Numbered from the stretch's first letter, positions 38,875 through 49,388 are shown. The stretch is DNA of 64,000 nt from Desulfosoma sp. (GCA_037481835.1 JBBFKW010000001.1:203503-267502); one strand, 5' to 3'. A program made the numbers and translations. The notes: generated by a model not told the origin, from the sequence alone.

Positions 38875-39814
38875 CGTCGTCCCCCGCCGTCGTCATGGTG
38901 TCCATCAGATCCTTAATGCAATCCAGTCCCGCCCTGACATCCCGATCCTTCGTGCCCGGCTTTAGTTCCACGATCAGGGGGCATTCCGCCCCCCGGGTTA
39001 CGCGCAGGATGGCTTCGAAAGGGATGGCGCCGGATCCCGGGGGCAGGTGATCGTCCACCCCTTTCACATCATGAAGGTGCATGCCCAAGAGCAGGGGCTT
39101 TTGCGCGCTCAGCAGCTCCATGGGATCGCCCCAGCCGAAGATTTCCATGAGATGCCCGTGCCCCGTATCATGCCAGTATCCCAGGGGGGCCCCATCCAGT
39201 GCGGAAAAAATCGTCTCAAAATCGTCCGGGCCGGGAAGCTCGTGATAATGGGCTCGGTTTTCCAACCCGAGAAAGACATGGAGGCGCAGCGCCTCCCGAG
39301 CCAGCCGGTCCAGGCTCCACAGCAACCCGTCGAGATGCGGCGCCACGGCGGCACGGCGTTCTTCAATCTTTCGGGCCATCATCGCGCGGAATTCTTTTCC
39401 CTCCAATCCCTGAGCACGCCACAAAGCCATGAGCCGGTCCCACTGCGGATCCATGGCCACCCGCCCGCAATGGAGCACCACCACGCGGGCACCCAGATCG
39501 TTTGCATGTTCCAGGGTCCGGATCGTCCACTGCACAGCCCGCAGACGTTCTTCCCGATGGGGATGGCTCAAAAGGAAAGGCTCGGCACTCACCCGGTCCC
39601 ACGGCACGGGGTCCGGGATCGGGCAAAAATTGTGGAGGCTGACCACATCCAGGTCCGAGCCCTTAAGAGCCGCCGTCACCTGCCGGAAGAGAGGCGGCGG
39701 AAGGCGATAGTCCAGTTCCAAGCCGGTGATGTCCAAGGCTTTGCAGCGTTCCACCAAATCCCGGCCGTGATTCACGCTCCCGGCCGCCCACGATGTGGAC
39801 ACCCCCAGGACCAT
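38840..39814 (-). CDS. Xylose-isomerase-like/AP endonuclease 2 TIM-barrel protein
   Basis: SLHN, VVLHCG, GLENR, WHDTGH, MHLHD and DDHLPPG.G motifs. Confidence 0.85.
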   Translation of the reverse strand: MVLGVSTSWAAGSVNHGRDLVERCKALDITGLELDYRLPPPLFRQVTAALKGSDLDVVSLHNFCPIPDPVPWDRVSAEPFLLSHPHREERLRAVQWTIRTLEHANDLGARVVVLHCGRVAMDPQWDRLMALWRAQGLEGKEFRAMMARKIEERRAAVAPHLDGLLWSLDRLAREALRLHVFLGLENRAHYHELPGPDDFETIFSALDGAPLGYWHDTGHGHLMEIFGWGDPMELLSAQKPLLLGMHLHDVKGVDDHLPPGSGAIPFEAILRVTRGAECPLIVELKPGTKDRDVRAGLDCIKDLMDTMTTAGDDDGTEQDTRFHP

Positions 39815-39817
39815 GCT

Positions 39818-40618
39818 CTAAGCCTCCCTCGTCACGGTTGACAGAGCAAAGACGGCTACCAACGGGGTATGGTCGCTGGATTTGGGTTTGGCCCTCAAGG
39901 CGGTATCCACGAAGCATTCCTCGCAGGCGTGCGCCATGGGTTCCGTGACAAGCATGTGATCCAAACGCCAGCCCAGGTTGCGTTCGAAGCTTTTCGGCAA
40001 CCGATAGTCCCAAAAGGTGAACTGCTTGTCCCGCGGATGGAGGCGGCGGAAGAGATCCACTAGGCCCCACGCCATGAGCTCGTCCAGTTTGGCCCGTTCT
40101 TCGGGGTGAAACCCCACCTGTCCATCCAAACGCTTAGGGTCGAAAACGTCCACGGGCTGAGGGGCCACGTTGATATCGCCCGTCCACACAAGAGGCGTCT
40201 GCGGGGTGAACCGCTCGCGAATCCAACGGCCCGTGCGGTCCAAAAAATCCAGCTTGTAGCGGAACGCCGGGTCGTCCGGCGACCGCCCCTGAGGCACATA
40301 GGTATTGATCACCCACACGCCGCGAACCTTTATCGCAAGAAAACGGGCTTCCTTGTCCAGCACGGGATCGCCCGCTTCCGTGACCTGCGATTCAGGAGGG
40401 TCCCGGGTCAGGACGGCCACGCCGTTAAAGGATTTTTCCCCCTTGACGAGGCACCGATACCCCAAATCCTCGAAAAACTGCCGCGGGAACGCCTCCTCCT
40501 GACATTTCGTCTCCTGAAGGCACAACACATCCGGCTGCTGCTTCGGGATCCATTCCAAGAGATGGTCGAGGCGCGCGCGCACCCCGTTCACGTTGAATGT
40601 GGCCGCCTTCCACCCCAT
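39818..40618 (-). CDS. xth: Exodeoxyribonuclease III
   Basis: ATFNVNG, LCLQETK, NGVA, YVPQG, GDIN, WDYR, GWRLDH and SDHTP motifs. Confidence 0.96.
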   Translation of the reverse strand: MGWKAATFNVNGVRARLDHLLEWIPKQQPDVLCLQETKCQEEAFPRQFFEDLGYRCLVKGEKSFNGVAVLTRDPPESQVTEAGDPVLDKEARFLAIKVRGVWVINTYVPQGRSPDDPAFRYKLDFLDRTGRWIRERFTPQTPLVWTGDINVAPQPVDVFDPKRLDGQVGFHPEERAKLDELMAWGLVDLFRRLHPRDKQFTFWDYRLPKSFERNLGWRLDHMLVTEPMAHACEECFVDTALRAKPKSSDHTPLVAVFALSTVTREA

Positions 40619-40636
40619 CTTTCCGCCCCCTTTCCC

Positions 40637-42538
40637 CTACCACTGTCGGCGCACGACGTACTCTTCCGGCAGTTCCGCCAAAAAGCGGCTCGGCTTGACC
40701 AAATCGCCTTTGCGGGCCATGGCATGAGAAAGATACAGTTCCCGGGCGGCACGGGTCATGGCCACATACAAAAGCCGCCGTTCCTCTTCGATGCCTTGGA
40801 GGCTTTCCTCCCCCGACACGGTCTCGGCGGTTGCCGGCCCCTGCACGGATCGCCAGTGGGGAAGGAGCCCCTCTTCCACCCCGACGACAAAAACAACTTG
40901 GAATTCCAGCCCCTTGGCGGCATGGAAGGTGGCCAGGCGAACCCCCGTTCCGGCTTCGGCATCGTCCTGGTCCTCTCGAATCAGCGCGCACGCTTCCAGA
41001 TACGATTCCACATCCGGCGCCTCCCGTGCCGCATGGATCATCTGCTCGATATTTTCCATGCGGGAGATGAAATCGTCTTCCCCCTCACTTACCATGCGCA
41101 GGTGCTCTTCGTAACCACACCCCTCCACGACCGCTCGAATGGCTTCGTGGGGCTTGAGGCTCCTGATGCGTTCCAGGAGAGCCAGGAGTTCTTCCACGGC
41201 GACGGCGACCTTCTTGCTGAGAAGCCCTCTTTCCAAAGCGCGGCGGCATTTTTCCTGGAGGGGCGTCCCCGAGCCGCCGGTTCCCAAAATCTTCTTGAGC
41301 GTCGCCGCTCCCAACCCCCTGCGAGGGACGTTGAGAATGCGCTCGAAGGCCACGTCGTCCTTGGGATTGAGGGCGCTCATGAGATAGGCATGGATGTCCT
41401 GTACCTCCCGGCGTTCGAAAAAGCCACGACCGCCCATCATCGTGTAGGGCACCCCCTTGTGCCGCATGGCCCTTTCCAGGACCATGGAACAGAACTTGGT
41501 GCGGTAGAGAACGGCCATCTCCCGAAACGGCGTGCCGTCCGCCAGGTGGAGGGCGCGGCACTTTTCCGCCACCCATTGGGCTTCATGATCGTCGCTGAGA
41601 AAACGACGCACTTCCACGGGCTTTCCATTTCGGCGGCTGAAGCATTTTTTCTCGACCCGCGACAGGTTCTTGGCAATGAGGGCTTCCGCAGCCGCCACAA
41701 TGGGCCGGGTGGATCGAAAGTTTTCCTCCAGCCGCACCACTTTGGCCTGGGGATAATTTCGTGGGAAATGAATAAAAAAGGAGGGATCCGCTCCACGGAA
41801 CTGGTAAATGCTCTGGTAGTCGTCCCCGACCACAGTGAGATTGCCGTCCCGCAGCAAGAGATCCATGATGCGGCATTGGACGGCGTTGGAGTCTTGGAAC
41901 TCGTCCACCAGGACGTAGTCGAAAAGGTTCTGACACCGGCTTCGGACCGCCTCGTTTTTTGTGAGGAGCTCACGGGTCAGGGACAGAATATCGTCGAAGT
42001 CCACGGCGTTGTGTTGCGCGAGAATGCGGTTGTAGAGGTCGAAGACCTCGTGAACGCGGCGCAGCCGAGACGACCTGGCCAGGTAATCCAAGGGGTCGTC
42101 GCTGTTTTTCGCACGAGAGACCGCGGCCCGATAGGCGTTGAGGGCGGTGTTGTCAATATCCAGTTCCGCCAGGGCTTTTTTCATGTCCACCCGCTGCTGA
42201 TATTCGGAGTGGATGCTCAAAGGGCGGGTGTAGCCCAGCAGTTCGCAGTGTTCCTTGAGGATTTGAAAGCAGGCGCTGTGAAAGGTGCGCACCCAGGGAA
42301 AAGCCTGGGCGGGGCGTCCCGTCATGGCTTCCAGGCGCCGTTTCATTTCTTCGGCGGCCTTGTTGGTGAAGGTGATGGCCAGAATGCGCACGGGATCGTA
42401 GCCCAAGACGCTCACCAAATAGGCAATTTTGGCGGTAAGAGTCCGGGTCTTGCCGCTTCCGGCGCCGGCGGCCACCAAGACCGGCCGGCCGATGGATTCG
42501 ACGGCTTCCTTCTGCGGCGGGGTGAGTCCAATGTCCAT
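40637..42538 (-). CDS. uvrD: UvrD/PcrA-family SF1 DNA helicase
   Basis: AGAGSGKT, TFTNKAA, VDEFQD, VGDDYQSIY, LEENFRS, HAAKGLEF and EERRLLYVAMTRA motifs. Confidence 0.93.
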   Translation of the reverse strand: MDIGLTPPQKEAVESIGRPVLVAAGAGSGKTRTLTAKIAYLVSVLGYDPVRILAITFTNKAAEEMKRRLEAMTGRPAQAFPWVRTFHSACFQILKEHCELLGYTRPLSIHSEYQQRVDMKKALAELDIDNTALNAYRAAVSRAKNSDDPLDYLARSSRLRRVHEVFDLYNRILAQHNAVDFDDILSLTRELLTKNEAVRSRCQNLFDYVLVDEFQDSNAVQCRIMDLLLRDGNLTVVGDDYQSIYQFRGADPSFFIHFPRNYPQAKVVRLEENFRSTRPIVAAAEALIAKNLSRVEKKCFSRRNGKPVEVRRFLSDDHEAQWVAEKCRALHLADGTPFREMAVLYRTKFCSMVLERAMRHKGVPYTMMGGRGFFERREVQDIHAYLMSALNPKDDVAFERILNVPRRGLGAATLKKILGTGGSGTPLQEKCRRALERGLLSKKVAVAVEELLALLERIRSLKPHEAIRAVVEGCGYEEHLRMVSEGEDDFISRMENIEQMIHAAREAPDVESYLEACALIREDQDDAEAGTGVRLATFHAAKGLEFQVVFVVGVEEGLLPHWRSVQGPATAETVSGEESLQGIEEERRLLYVAMTRAARELYLSHAMARKGDLVKPSRFLAELPEEYVVRRQW

Positions 42539-42701
42539 GGGGCATCCTTTGCCTTTTTCAAAATTTCGTGGGGGAACCGACGTCGCGGCGAATCTTAGAA
42601 GGAACCTGGTCGGACTGCAACCCATCCTTGTGAGCGCGGTCGGCTTTGTGTTAGTTTAGCGGCGTTTCGTTCATTTCGGGACAGAGAGAAAGGATCCTGT
42701 C

Positions 42702-42989
42702 GTGGAGAAGATCAGCCGAGAAGAAGTCCGCCATGTGGCCGAACTGGCCCGGCTTCGCCTGGACCCCGAAGAAGAGCTGGCCATGACCCGGCATCTCAAC
42801 ATGATCCTGGAATACATGGACAAGCTCAACGAAGTGGACACGTCCCACGTGCCTCCCACGACCCACGCCATCCCGCTGGAAAACGTTTTTCGGCCGGATC
42901 AGGTCCGTGGCTCCCTGGATCGGGATCGGGCGCTGGCCAACGCCCCCCAAAGCGACGGCGCCAATTTCGTCGTTCCCAAGGTCATCTGA
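42702..42989 (+). CDS. gatC: Asp/Glu-tRNA amidotransferase subunit C
   Basis: EEVRHVAELARL...LANAP...FVVPKVI pattern. Confidence 0.96.
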   Translation: MEKISREEVRHVAELARLRLDPEEELAMTRHLNMILEYMDKLNEVDTSHVPPTTHAIPLENVFRPDQVRGSLDRDRALANAPQSDGANFVVPKVI

Positions 42990-43025
42990 GTTCTGAGCTT
43001 CGAGACGGAAAGGAAAAGGCTGCCC

Positions 43026-44498
43026 ATGGCGTCCCTGACCCGCATGACCATCCACGAACTGCGCGAGGCCCTTACGGCGAAAAAGATCAGCGTCTCCGAA
43101 ACGGTTCGCGCCTATCTGGAGCGCATCGAAGCGCTGAACCCGAACCTTCAGTGCTTTTTGACCGTTATGGCCGAAAACGCCTTGAAAGAGGCCGAAGACT
43201 ACGACGCCGGTCGAAAGGACCTTTCGGGTTCTCCTCTGGCGGGCATTCCCATCGCGGTCAAGGACGTCTTGTGCACGGAAGGCATTCGCACCACGTGTGG
43301 GTCAAAAATCCTCGAAAACTTCTTCCCCCCTTACGATGCCACGGTCGTCGCACGGCTGAAATCTTCAGGCGCCATCCTGCTGGGCAAAACCAACATGGAT
43401 GAATTCGCCATGGGATCATCCAACGAAAATTCGGCTTTCGGCCCCGCAAGAAACCCATGGGATCCGAACCGGGTGCCCGGGGGATCCAGTGGAGGGTCCG
43501 CGGCGGCGGTGGCGGCCGATCTGTGCGCTGCGGCTCTGGGAACGGACACCGGCGGATCCATCCGGCAGCCTGCCTCCTTTTGCGGCATCGTGGGACTCAA
43601 ACCCACCTACGGTCGGGTCTCCCGTTACGGCCTCGTGGCGTTCGCGTCGTCGCTGGATCAGGTGGGTCCCATGACCAAGGACGTGCGGGATGCAGCCCTG
43701 CTTCTGTCCGTCCTGGCGGGGCACGACCCCAAAGATTCCACCTCCATCGACCATCCCGTGGACGATTACGTGGCGGCCATGGAAGCCCCCATCCGCGGCC
43801 TGCGCATCGGCATGCCCAAGGAATACTTCATCGAAGGCATGGATCCCGACGTGGCGCAAGCAACGCACAGAGCCTGCCGGCTTTTCCAGGACCTGGGCGC
43901 GGACCTCGTAGAAGTGTCCCTACCGCACACGGCATACGGGGTCGCGGCCTACTATATCATCGCCCCGGCTGAAGCCAGTTCCAACCTGGCTCGCTACGAC
44001 GGCGTCAAGTACGGATACCGCTTCGCCGAAGCCCGAGACCTCATGACCATGTACAAGGAATCCCGCAGCCGAGGCTTCGGCGCCGAAGTCAAACGGCGCA
44101 TCATGCTGGGAACCTACTGCCTGTCGGCCGGATACTACGATGCCTACTATCGGAAAGCCTCCCAGGTCCGGACCCTGATCCGTCGGGATTTCACGGAGGC
44201 GTTCGAGAAATGCGACGTTCTCGTCGCACCCGTCTCACCGACGGCCGCCTTCAGGATCGGCGAAAAGACGGAAAACCCCCTGCAGATGTACCTCAACGAC
44301 GTTTTCACCCTGCCAGCGAGCCTTGCCGGAATCCCTGGACTTTCCCTCCCGTGCGGCTACACCTCCGAAGGACTGCCCATCGGGCTGCAAATCCTCGGGC
44401 CGCACTTAGGAGAAGCCACGGTGCTTCGAGCGGCCTTCCATTTTGAACAAGCCACCAGGACGGAGCGCCGGGCCCCCTCCCTGTTGGAAAACGCCTGA
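43026..44498 (+). CDS. gatA: Asp/Glu-tRNA amidotransferase subunit A
   Basis: [41 protein letters not shown] and EVKRRIMLG motifs. Confidence 0.98.
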   Translation: MASLTRMTIHELREALTAKKISVSETVRAYLERIEALNPNLQCFLTVMAENALKEAEDYDAGRKDLSGSPLAGIPIAVKDVLCTEGIRTTCGSKILENFFPPYDATVVARLKSSGAILLGKTNMDEFAMGSSNENSAFGPARNPWDPNRVPGGSSGGSAAAVAADLCAAALGTDTGGSIRQPASFCGIVGLKPTYGRVSRYGLVAFASSLDQVGPMTKDVRDAALLLSVLAGHDPKDSTSIDHPVDDYVAAMEAPIRGLRIGMPKEYFIEGMDPDVAQATHRACRLFQDLGADLVEVSLPHTAYGVAAYYIIAPAEASSNLARYDGVKYGYRFAEARDLMTMYKESRSRGFGAEVKRRIMLGTYCLSAGYYDAYYRKASQVRTLIRRDFTEAFEKCDVLVAPVSPTAAFRIGEKTENPLQMYLNDVFTLPASLAGIPGLSLPCGYTSEGLPIGLQILGPHLGEATVLRAAFHFEQATRTERRAPSLLENA

Positions 44499-44531
44499 AT
44501 GGGGCCCGCCTTCCTGTTTTGTGTCAATAGC

Positions 44532-44560
44532 TTGACGATTCGCTGACATTTCTGTAGCCT
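44532..44560 (+). promoter_or_regulatory. Putative sigma70 promoter of the DUF342 gene
   Basis: TTGACG-N17-TAGCCT. Confidence 0.45.
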
Positions 44561-44608
44561 CAAAGGACGCAGTGCCGCAGCGCCCCAACTTTCATGAAGG
44601 GGATGGCC

Positions 44609-46696
44609 ATGGCGAATGAGGACCTGGCGCAGAACAGGAACCCCAACCTTGTGTTCGGCAAGCTGGCGATCCAATACGGCCTTGCGACCAAGGACACCGT
44701 CCGTCAGGCCTTGGAAAGGCAACGGGCGCTGGCCCACGAAGGCATCCGAAAGCCTTTGGGGGAAGTGCTCGTGGAAATGCGCGTCATCAGCCCCCATCAA
44801 ATGAAGGCCCTCCTGAGGCTCCAGCATTTTCTCCTGCGCCGGGACAGGGAAAAGCCCCTTCTCGCCCATGCGGTCACCAAAGGGTTCCTTTTGCCTCGCG
44901 ACGAAAAAAGAGCCCTTGCGCGGCAGATGGAACTCTTCAAGCTGGAAAAAAAATTCTACCCCATCGAACAGGTTCTCCTGGAAGAAAAGCTTCTGGACCC
45001 CAGCGGCATTCAGGCTCTGAAAGACTCTTTCACCGGGCAGACGAACCGGCAGGAGGCCGCTCAACCCGTCCCCGAGCCCGTATCGGCCCCCGCGGCGCCG
45101 GATTCCATGGTTGCGGCGGATCGCCTGGATTTCCTTGAAGAGTTCTTCGACGTGAGTGTTTCCTCCGATCGGATGGAAGCCTCTTTGCTGTGGACAAAGA
45201 AACCTCCGCCCGACGTGACCGAACAGGACCTGCACGCGTTTGTCGCCCGACGAGGGATCTGCTTTGGGACTGAGCCCTTTTCAGAAATCGTCCGACATCT
45301 CCTTTCCAGACCCACCTCCAAAGGATCCATCGTGATCGCCAGAGGTCGGCCGCCCCAACCCGGGCGGAACGCTTCGGTGCTCTACCATTTCGAAACCGAC
45401 CCTCTCAAGGTGGGCCGAATCCGCGAAGGTGGATCCATCGATTTTCGCGACCGCGGTGAAATCCCCTTGGTTCGTGAAGGGGATGTGCTTGCCGAAAAGA
45501 TCCCGCCGGTGCCGGGAACTCCTGGAACAGACGTTCTCGGCAACCCTGTAGCCCCTCCAAAACCTTTGGACGTTATCTTGCGCTGCGGCCGAGGCGCGGT
45601 GCGCTCCGAAGACGGCACCCACGTCCTTGCCGTGCGAACGGGTCGCCCTCAAGTCACCGCCGACGGAAAAATCAGCGTGCAGTCGGAACTGGAGATCCCA
45701 GGAGATGTGGACCTGAAAACGGGCCATGTCATCTTTGAAGGCGATGTAAAAATCAGCGGAACCGTCACCGCCGGATTCCGGGTCAAGGCGGCCTCGGTTT
45801 TCGCTGCGGAAATCCAAGGAGGGGAAATCATCGCCGAAGGCAATGTCATGATTGCCGGAGGCGTCATCCATTCCACCATTGTTGCGGAAGGGCATGTGAA
45901 AGCCCGGCATCTTGCGGGAAGCATCGTGCGCGCCTGTGGGGATGTGGCCGTTTCGACAAGCGTCGTGGACAGCACCATCGAAACCTCGGGATCCTTCCTG
46001 GCGCCCACGGCCACGGTGCTCTCGTCCCATGTTGCAGCGTCGCAGAAAATCCTCGTGCAGCACGTGGGATCGGAAAAGTCCAAAGCCTGCCGGATCGTTA
46101 TCGGGGACGACCCCATCGTGCGGAGAAAATCGGCCGCTTTGCGAGACCGAATCCAGCGCCTCAAAGATCATGCTCAGCGCCTGAAAAACGCGGAAACTCG
46201 ACAACGAAAGGCCTTGGCCAATGCGGAATTGGCCACAGGGAAAGCGGTGCAGTTCCAGGATAAAACCCTCTTGGAAATCCGCCGCCTGGAAGAACAGGAA
46301 ACCGGGACGGCCCAAAGTCCTTCGATGAAAGCCCACGTGGAAGCGCTGCGGCAGGCGGTCCACGAAACGGACCTGAAGGTGGAAAAGCTTTTTCAGGTTC
46401 AAGACGCCCTGAAAGCGTCCCTCAAACACATCGTGGACAGACGGGTCCAATGCGCGCGGGATTTGGCCGAACTGGAGGAGGACCTGCGGGCCCTGATGCA
46501 GTGGGCCACGTCAAAGCGCGATCGTCCTGAGGTCACGGTCCAAGGCGTTATGGCCGCGGGCACGGTAATCGTCGGAACCCAGTCCTCTTGGAAAGTCGCC
46601 GACAGTGTCAGGGCCGTGCGCGTCGTGGAAAAATCCGTGGAAGATCCCCAGACAGGGCTCACTCAAAAGAAGATCTCCTTTTCGCCTCTTTCCTGA
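44609..46696 (+). CDS. FapA/DUF342 family protein with N-terminal MshEN-like repeats
   Basis: VSSDRMEA, IARGRPP..G, IDFRD, GTDVLG and GDVDLKTGHVIFEGDV motifs. N-terminal FGKLAI..GL and LGEVLVEM repeats. Start may be 44594, 44603 or 44609. Confidence 0.85.
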   Translation: MANEDLAQNRNPNLVFGKLAIQYGLATKDTVRQALERQRALAHEGIRKPLGEVLVEMRVISPHQMKALLRLQHFLLRRDREKPLLAHAVTKGFLLPRDEKRALARQMELFKLEKKFYPIEQVLLEEKLLDPSGIQALKDSFTGQTNRQEAAQPVPEPVSAPAAPDSMVAADRLDFLEEFFDVSVSSDRMEASLLWTKKPPPDVTEQDLHAFVARRGICFGTEPFSEIVRHLLSRPTSKGSIVIARGRPPQPGRNASVLYHFETDPLKVGRIREGGSIDFRDRGEIPLVREGDVLAEKIPPVPGTPGTDVLGNPVAPPKPLDVILRCGRGAVRSEDGTHVLAVRTGRPQVTADGKISVQSELEIPGDVDLKTGHVIFEGDVKISGTVTAGFRVKAASVFAAEIQGGEIIAEGNVMIAGGVIHSTIVAEGHVKARHLAGSIVRACGDVAVSTSVVDSTIETSGSFLAPTATVLSSHVAASQKILVQHVGSEKSKACRIVIGDDPIVRRKSAALRDRIQRLKDHAQRLKNAETRQRKALANAELATGKAVQFQDKTLLEIRRLEEQETGTAQSPSMKAHVEALRQAVHETDLKVEKLFQVQDALKASLKHIVDRRVQCARDLAELEEDLRALMQWATSKRDRPEVTVQGVMAAGTVIVGTQSSWKVADSVRAVRVVEKSVEDPQTGLTQKKISFSPLS

Positions 46697-46796
46697 TCCC
46701 CTCGGAAGGCATGCCTTTTCGGCGAATCGCCGAGAGAAAGCCGGAGCGTCTGCCGGGATCCGGCATGTCGGCGATCTGAACCGCGGCAAAGCCCGC

Positions 46797-48074
46797 TTAC
46801 ACCCTGGGGAAGGCCCCGCGAGGCACGACGGTGATGCCCCGAGGGGTCACCACAAAACGTGTGCGGTCTTCCTGCGGCGAGACGCCGATTTCCGTATAAG
46901 GAGGAATCACGTTGTCCTTGTCGATGATGGCCTTCTTGATGCGGCAGTGATGGCCGATTTCCACATTATCCATAATGACCGACTCATCCACCTCGGCATA
47001 GCTGTTGACGATCACATTGTAGGACAACACGGAATGACGGACGATCCCTCCGCTGATCAGGCACCCGTGAGGGACCACGGAATCCTTGGCCGTTCCGGTG
47101 CGCTGGACGGCATGATCGCCTCGGGAGACCACGAATTTAGCCGGCGGCACCTGGCGCTGCAAACCGCGCATGGGCCATCGGCGGCCATAAAGGTTGAAAA
47201 AGGGGCTCAGGCCCGTGAGATCCATGTTGGCGTTCCAATAGGCGTCCAAGCTTCCCACATCCCGCCAGTAGGTGGAATCCCGGGTCGGGTTTTGCGTCTT
47301 AAAACAGTACCCGGCCTCCGGATCGTAGACCGGGACGTCGTCCCTGATGAGGTTATAACGCCGATAAGGATAGGCATAGACCCTCCCTTCCCGCACCAGC
47401 CGAGGGATGATGTCCCTGCCGAAATCTTCATCGTCGCTTTCTTTTAAAACCCGCAGAAGCACATCCCGCTTAAAGAAATAAATCCCCATGGAGGCCAGGC
47501 TCCGGGACGGATCGTCGGGCATGGGCTTGGGATCCTTGGGCTTTTCCTCAAAGCCGCAGATCCGATAATCGTTGTCCACTTCGGCGATCCCGAAGGACGA
47601 CCCGGTCGCCCGGTCCACCTCGAGAAGGCTCACCGTGACGTCGGCGTCTTTTTCCTCATGGAACTTCCGAAAGAGGGAATAGTCCATCTTGTAGACATGA
47701 TCTCCCGAAAGGATGAGCACATGTCGAGGCCGCTCCCTTTCGATGAGGTAGAGGTTCTGGCGCACCGAATCGGCTGTGCCGCGGTACCAGTCTTCCCCCA
47801 GTCGCTGCTGCGGCGCCACGATGCGCAAAAAGTGCCCCAAAGCCCCGGAAAAGATGTTCCAGCCGTCTTCGAGATGATCCACCAGGGACTGGGATTTGTA
47901 TTGGGTAAAGACGAGAATCTTGTAGAGTTGCGAATTCACGCAGTTGCTCAGGGGAATGTCGATCAAGCGGTAGATGCCGCCAAAGGGAACCGCCGGCTTG
48001 CAGCGGTCCCTGGTCAGGGGCATGAGCCTCTCGCCCCGTCCGCCGGCCATGATGATGGTCAAAATGTCATTCAT
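46797..48074 (-). CDS. glgC: Glucose-1-phosphate adenylyltransferase
   Basis: MAGGRGERL, KPAVPFGG, WYRGTADS, LSGDHVYKMDY, ASMGIY and YWRDVG motifs. Alternative start at 48101. Confidence 0.96.
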   Translation of the reverse strand: MNDILTIIMAGGRGERLMPLTRDRCKPAVPFGGIYRLIDIPLSNCVNSQLYKILVFTQYKSQSLVDHLEDGWNIFSGALGHFLRIVAPQQRLGEDWYRGTADSVRQNLYLIERERPRHVLILSGDHVYKMDYSLFRKFHEEKDADVTVSLLEVDRATGSSFGIAEVDNDYRICGFEEKPKDPKPMPDDPSRSLASMGIYFFKRDVLLRVLKESDDEDFGRDIIPRLVREGRVYAYPYRRYNLIRDDVPVYDPEAGYCFKTQNPTRDSTYWRDVGSLDAYWNANMDLTGLSPFFNLYGRRWPMRGLQRQVPPAKFVVSRGDHAVQRTGTAKDSVVPHGCLISGGIVRHSVLSYNVIVNSYAEVDESVIMDNVEIGHHCRIKKAIIDKDNVIPPYTEIGVSPQEDRTRFVVTPRGITVVPRGAFPRV

Positions 48075-48097
48075 GGAGTCCCGCCTTGCATTGGATT

Positions 48098-48613
48098 TCA
48101 TTGGATAAAGCGCCGAATGTCCGACGGCAGCTGATGATCACGATAAAGGATCGCCCCATCCCTGTCCACTAAAACGAAAAGCGGAACGCCGCGCACTTCG
48201 AAAGCCTTCATGGCCTCGCCGGTTTCGTCGTAAAGGACCTTAAACGGCATGGGGTGGGCGTTTTGGTAGCGCTGGACACGCTCGAAGGAATCTCCCGAGC
48301 CCACATTGACGGCCAGGATTTCCAATTGGTCCTCCCGCGTTTGTTTCCGCAGCTTGGCCACTTCCGGCTTCACGGCTTGGCAGGAAGGACACCAGATGGC
48401 CCAAAAGTACAACAGTACGGGTCTCTTGCCACGGTAATCGCTCAGGCGCACCCTTTGGCCGTCCGTGCTCGGAAGATCAAAGTCGGCCGCCCGGGATCCC
48501 TGAGACCCCACCAGACTCATAACCTTATCCACCAGGGAAGACTGGGCGTAAACCAAGCCGGGCAGCACAAGAAGCATCGCGAGACTTATCCTCAAAATGA
48601 ACCTTAAATTCAT
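48098..48613 (-). CDS. TlpA/ResA-family thiol-disulfide oxidoreductase
   Basis: N-terminal signal/anchor, ADFDLP, FWAIWCPSC and VRGVP motifs. Confidence 0.92.
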   Translation of the reverse strand: MNLRFILRISLAMLLVLPGLVYAQSSLVDKVMSLVGSQGSRAADFDLPSTDGQRVRLSDYRGKRPVLLYFWAIWCPSCQAVKPEVAKLRKQTREDQLEILAVNVGSGDSFERVQRYQNAHPMPFKVLYDETGEAMKAFEVRGVPLFVLVDRDGAILYRDHQLPSDIRRFIQ

Positions 48614-48615
48614 TT

Positions 48616-49323
48616 TCACAGCCACATTTCTCCTGCTTTGACAAAAAAGTATTCCGCCGCCCCGATCATGACCAGCGCGAAAAAGCGTTGAATCCTTCGC
48701 ATCCACAGGCCGGATCGAGGCAGCGACGCCAAAATCCCGGTGAATGTCCCCACCGCGATGACCAGCATGCCCATTCCATAGGCAAAGGCAAAAAGCATGA
48801 GCGCCCCCCAAAACGCGCTCTTTCCCGTCGCCACCAAAGTCAACAGAGTCCCCAGGATCGGCGTGGTACACGGTCCGACCACCAACGCCGAGGCGCCTCC
48901 TACGAGAAAGCTCGAGAGGGCATCCCGACCCGGGATGTGGCGAACCTGCACGCGGGAAAGAAAGGCGGGAGACGGCATGGGCAGAACTTCCAGCATGATC
49001 AAGGCGAAGACGAGACACAGGTTTCCCACCGCCAGATACACCCATGGGTTCATGGTTAAGGAGCCGAAAAGGCGTCCCGTGAGAGCGGCCACGAGCCCCA
49101 GGGCCGAATACACCATGGCCATCCCGGAGACGTAGATGGCCGACAGGAAAAAACCCTTCAGGCGGCTCCCCTGCGCCCGGCTGCCCACAAAGGCGACGGT
49201 GATGGGGATCATGGGATAAGAGCAGGGTGTCAAACCCGCGAGAACCCCGCCGACAAAGGACAAGACGACCCCGAGCCACGGCGCGTTCAGGGTGAGGGTG
49301 TCGTAATGGCGCATCCACTCCAC
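48616..49323 (-). CDS. ccdA: Cytochrome c biogenesis protein CcdA (DsbD transmembrane domain)
   Basis: LTPCSYPMIP and GPCTTPIL motifs; six transmembrane segments. Confidence 0.9.
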   Translation of the reverse strand: MEWMRHYDTLTLNAPWLGVVLSFVGGVLAGLTPCSYPMIPITVAFVGSRAQGSRLKGFFLSAIYVSGMAMVYSALGLVAALTGRLFGSLTMNPWVYLAVGNLCLVFALIMLEVLPMPSPAFLSRVQVRHIPGRDALSSFLVGGASALVVGPCTTPILGTLLTLVATGKSAFWGALMLFAFAYGMGMLVIAVGTFTGILASLPRSGLWMRRIQRFFALVMIGAAEYFFVKAGEMWL

Positions 49324-49388
49324 GGGTCTCAGTTCCTTACCATCGGTTCATTGCCCTCGCCCGCGGGGTGCCGTGCCGTTCAGGGCTC

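Noticed and set aside
40106..42598. 830-aa plus-strand ORF
   Set aside because: Antisense shadow of xth and uvrD.
48614..49318. Apparent 406-aa TlpA fusion suggesting a frameshifted DsbD
   Set aside because: The upstream part is an off-frame overlay of ccdA; TlpA has its own ATG at 48613 and its own signal peptide.
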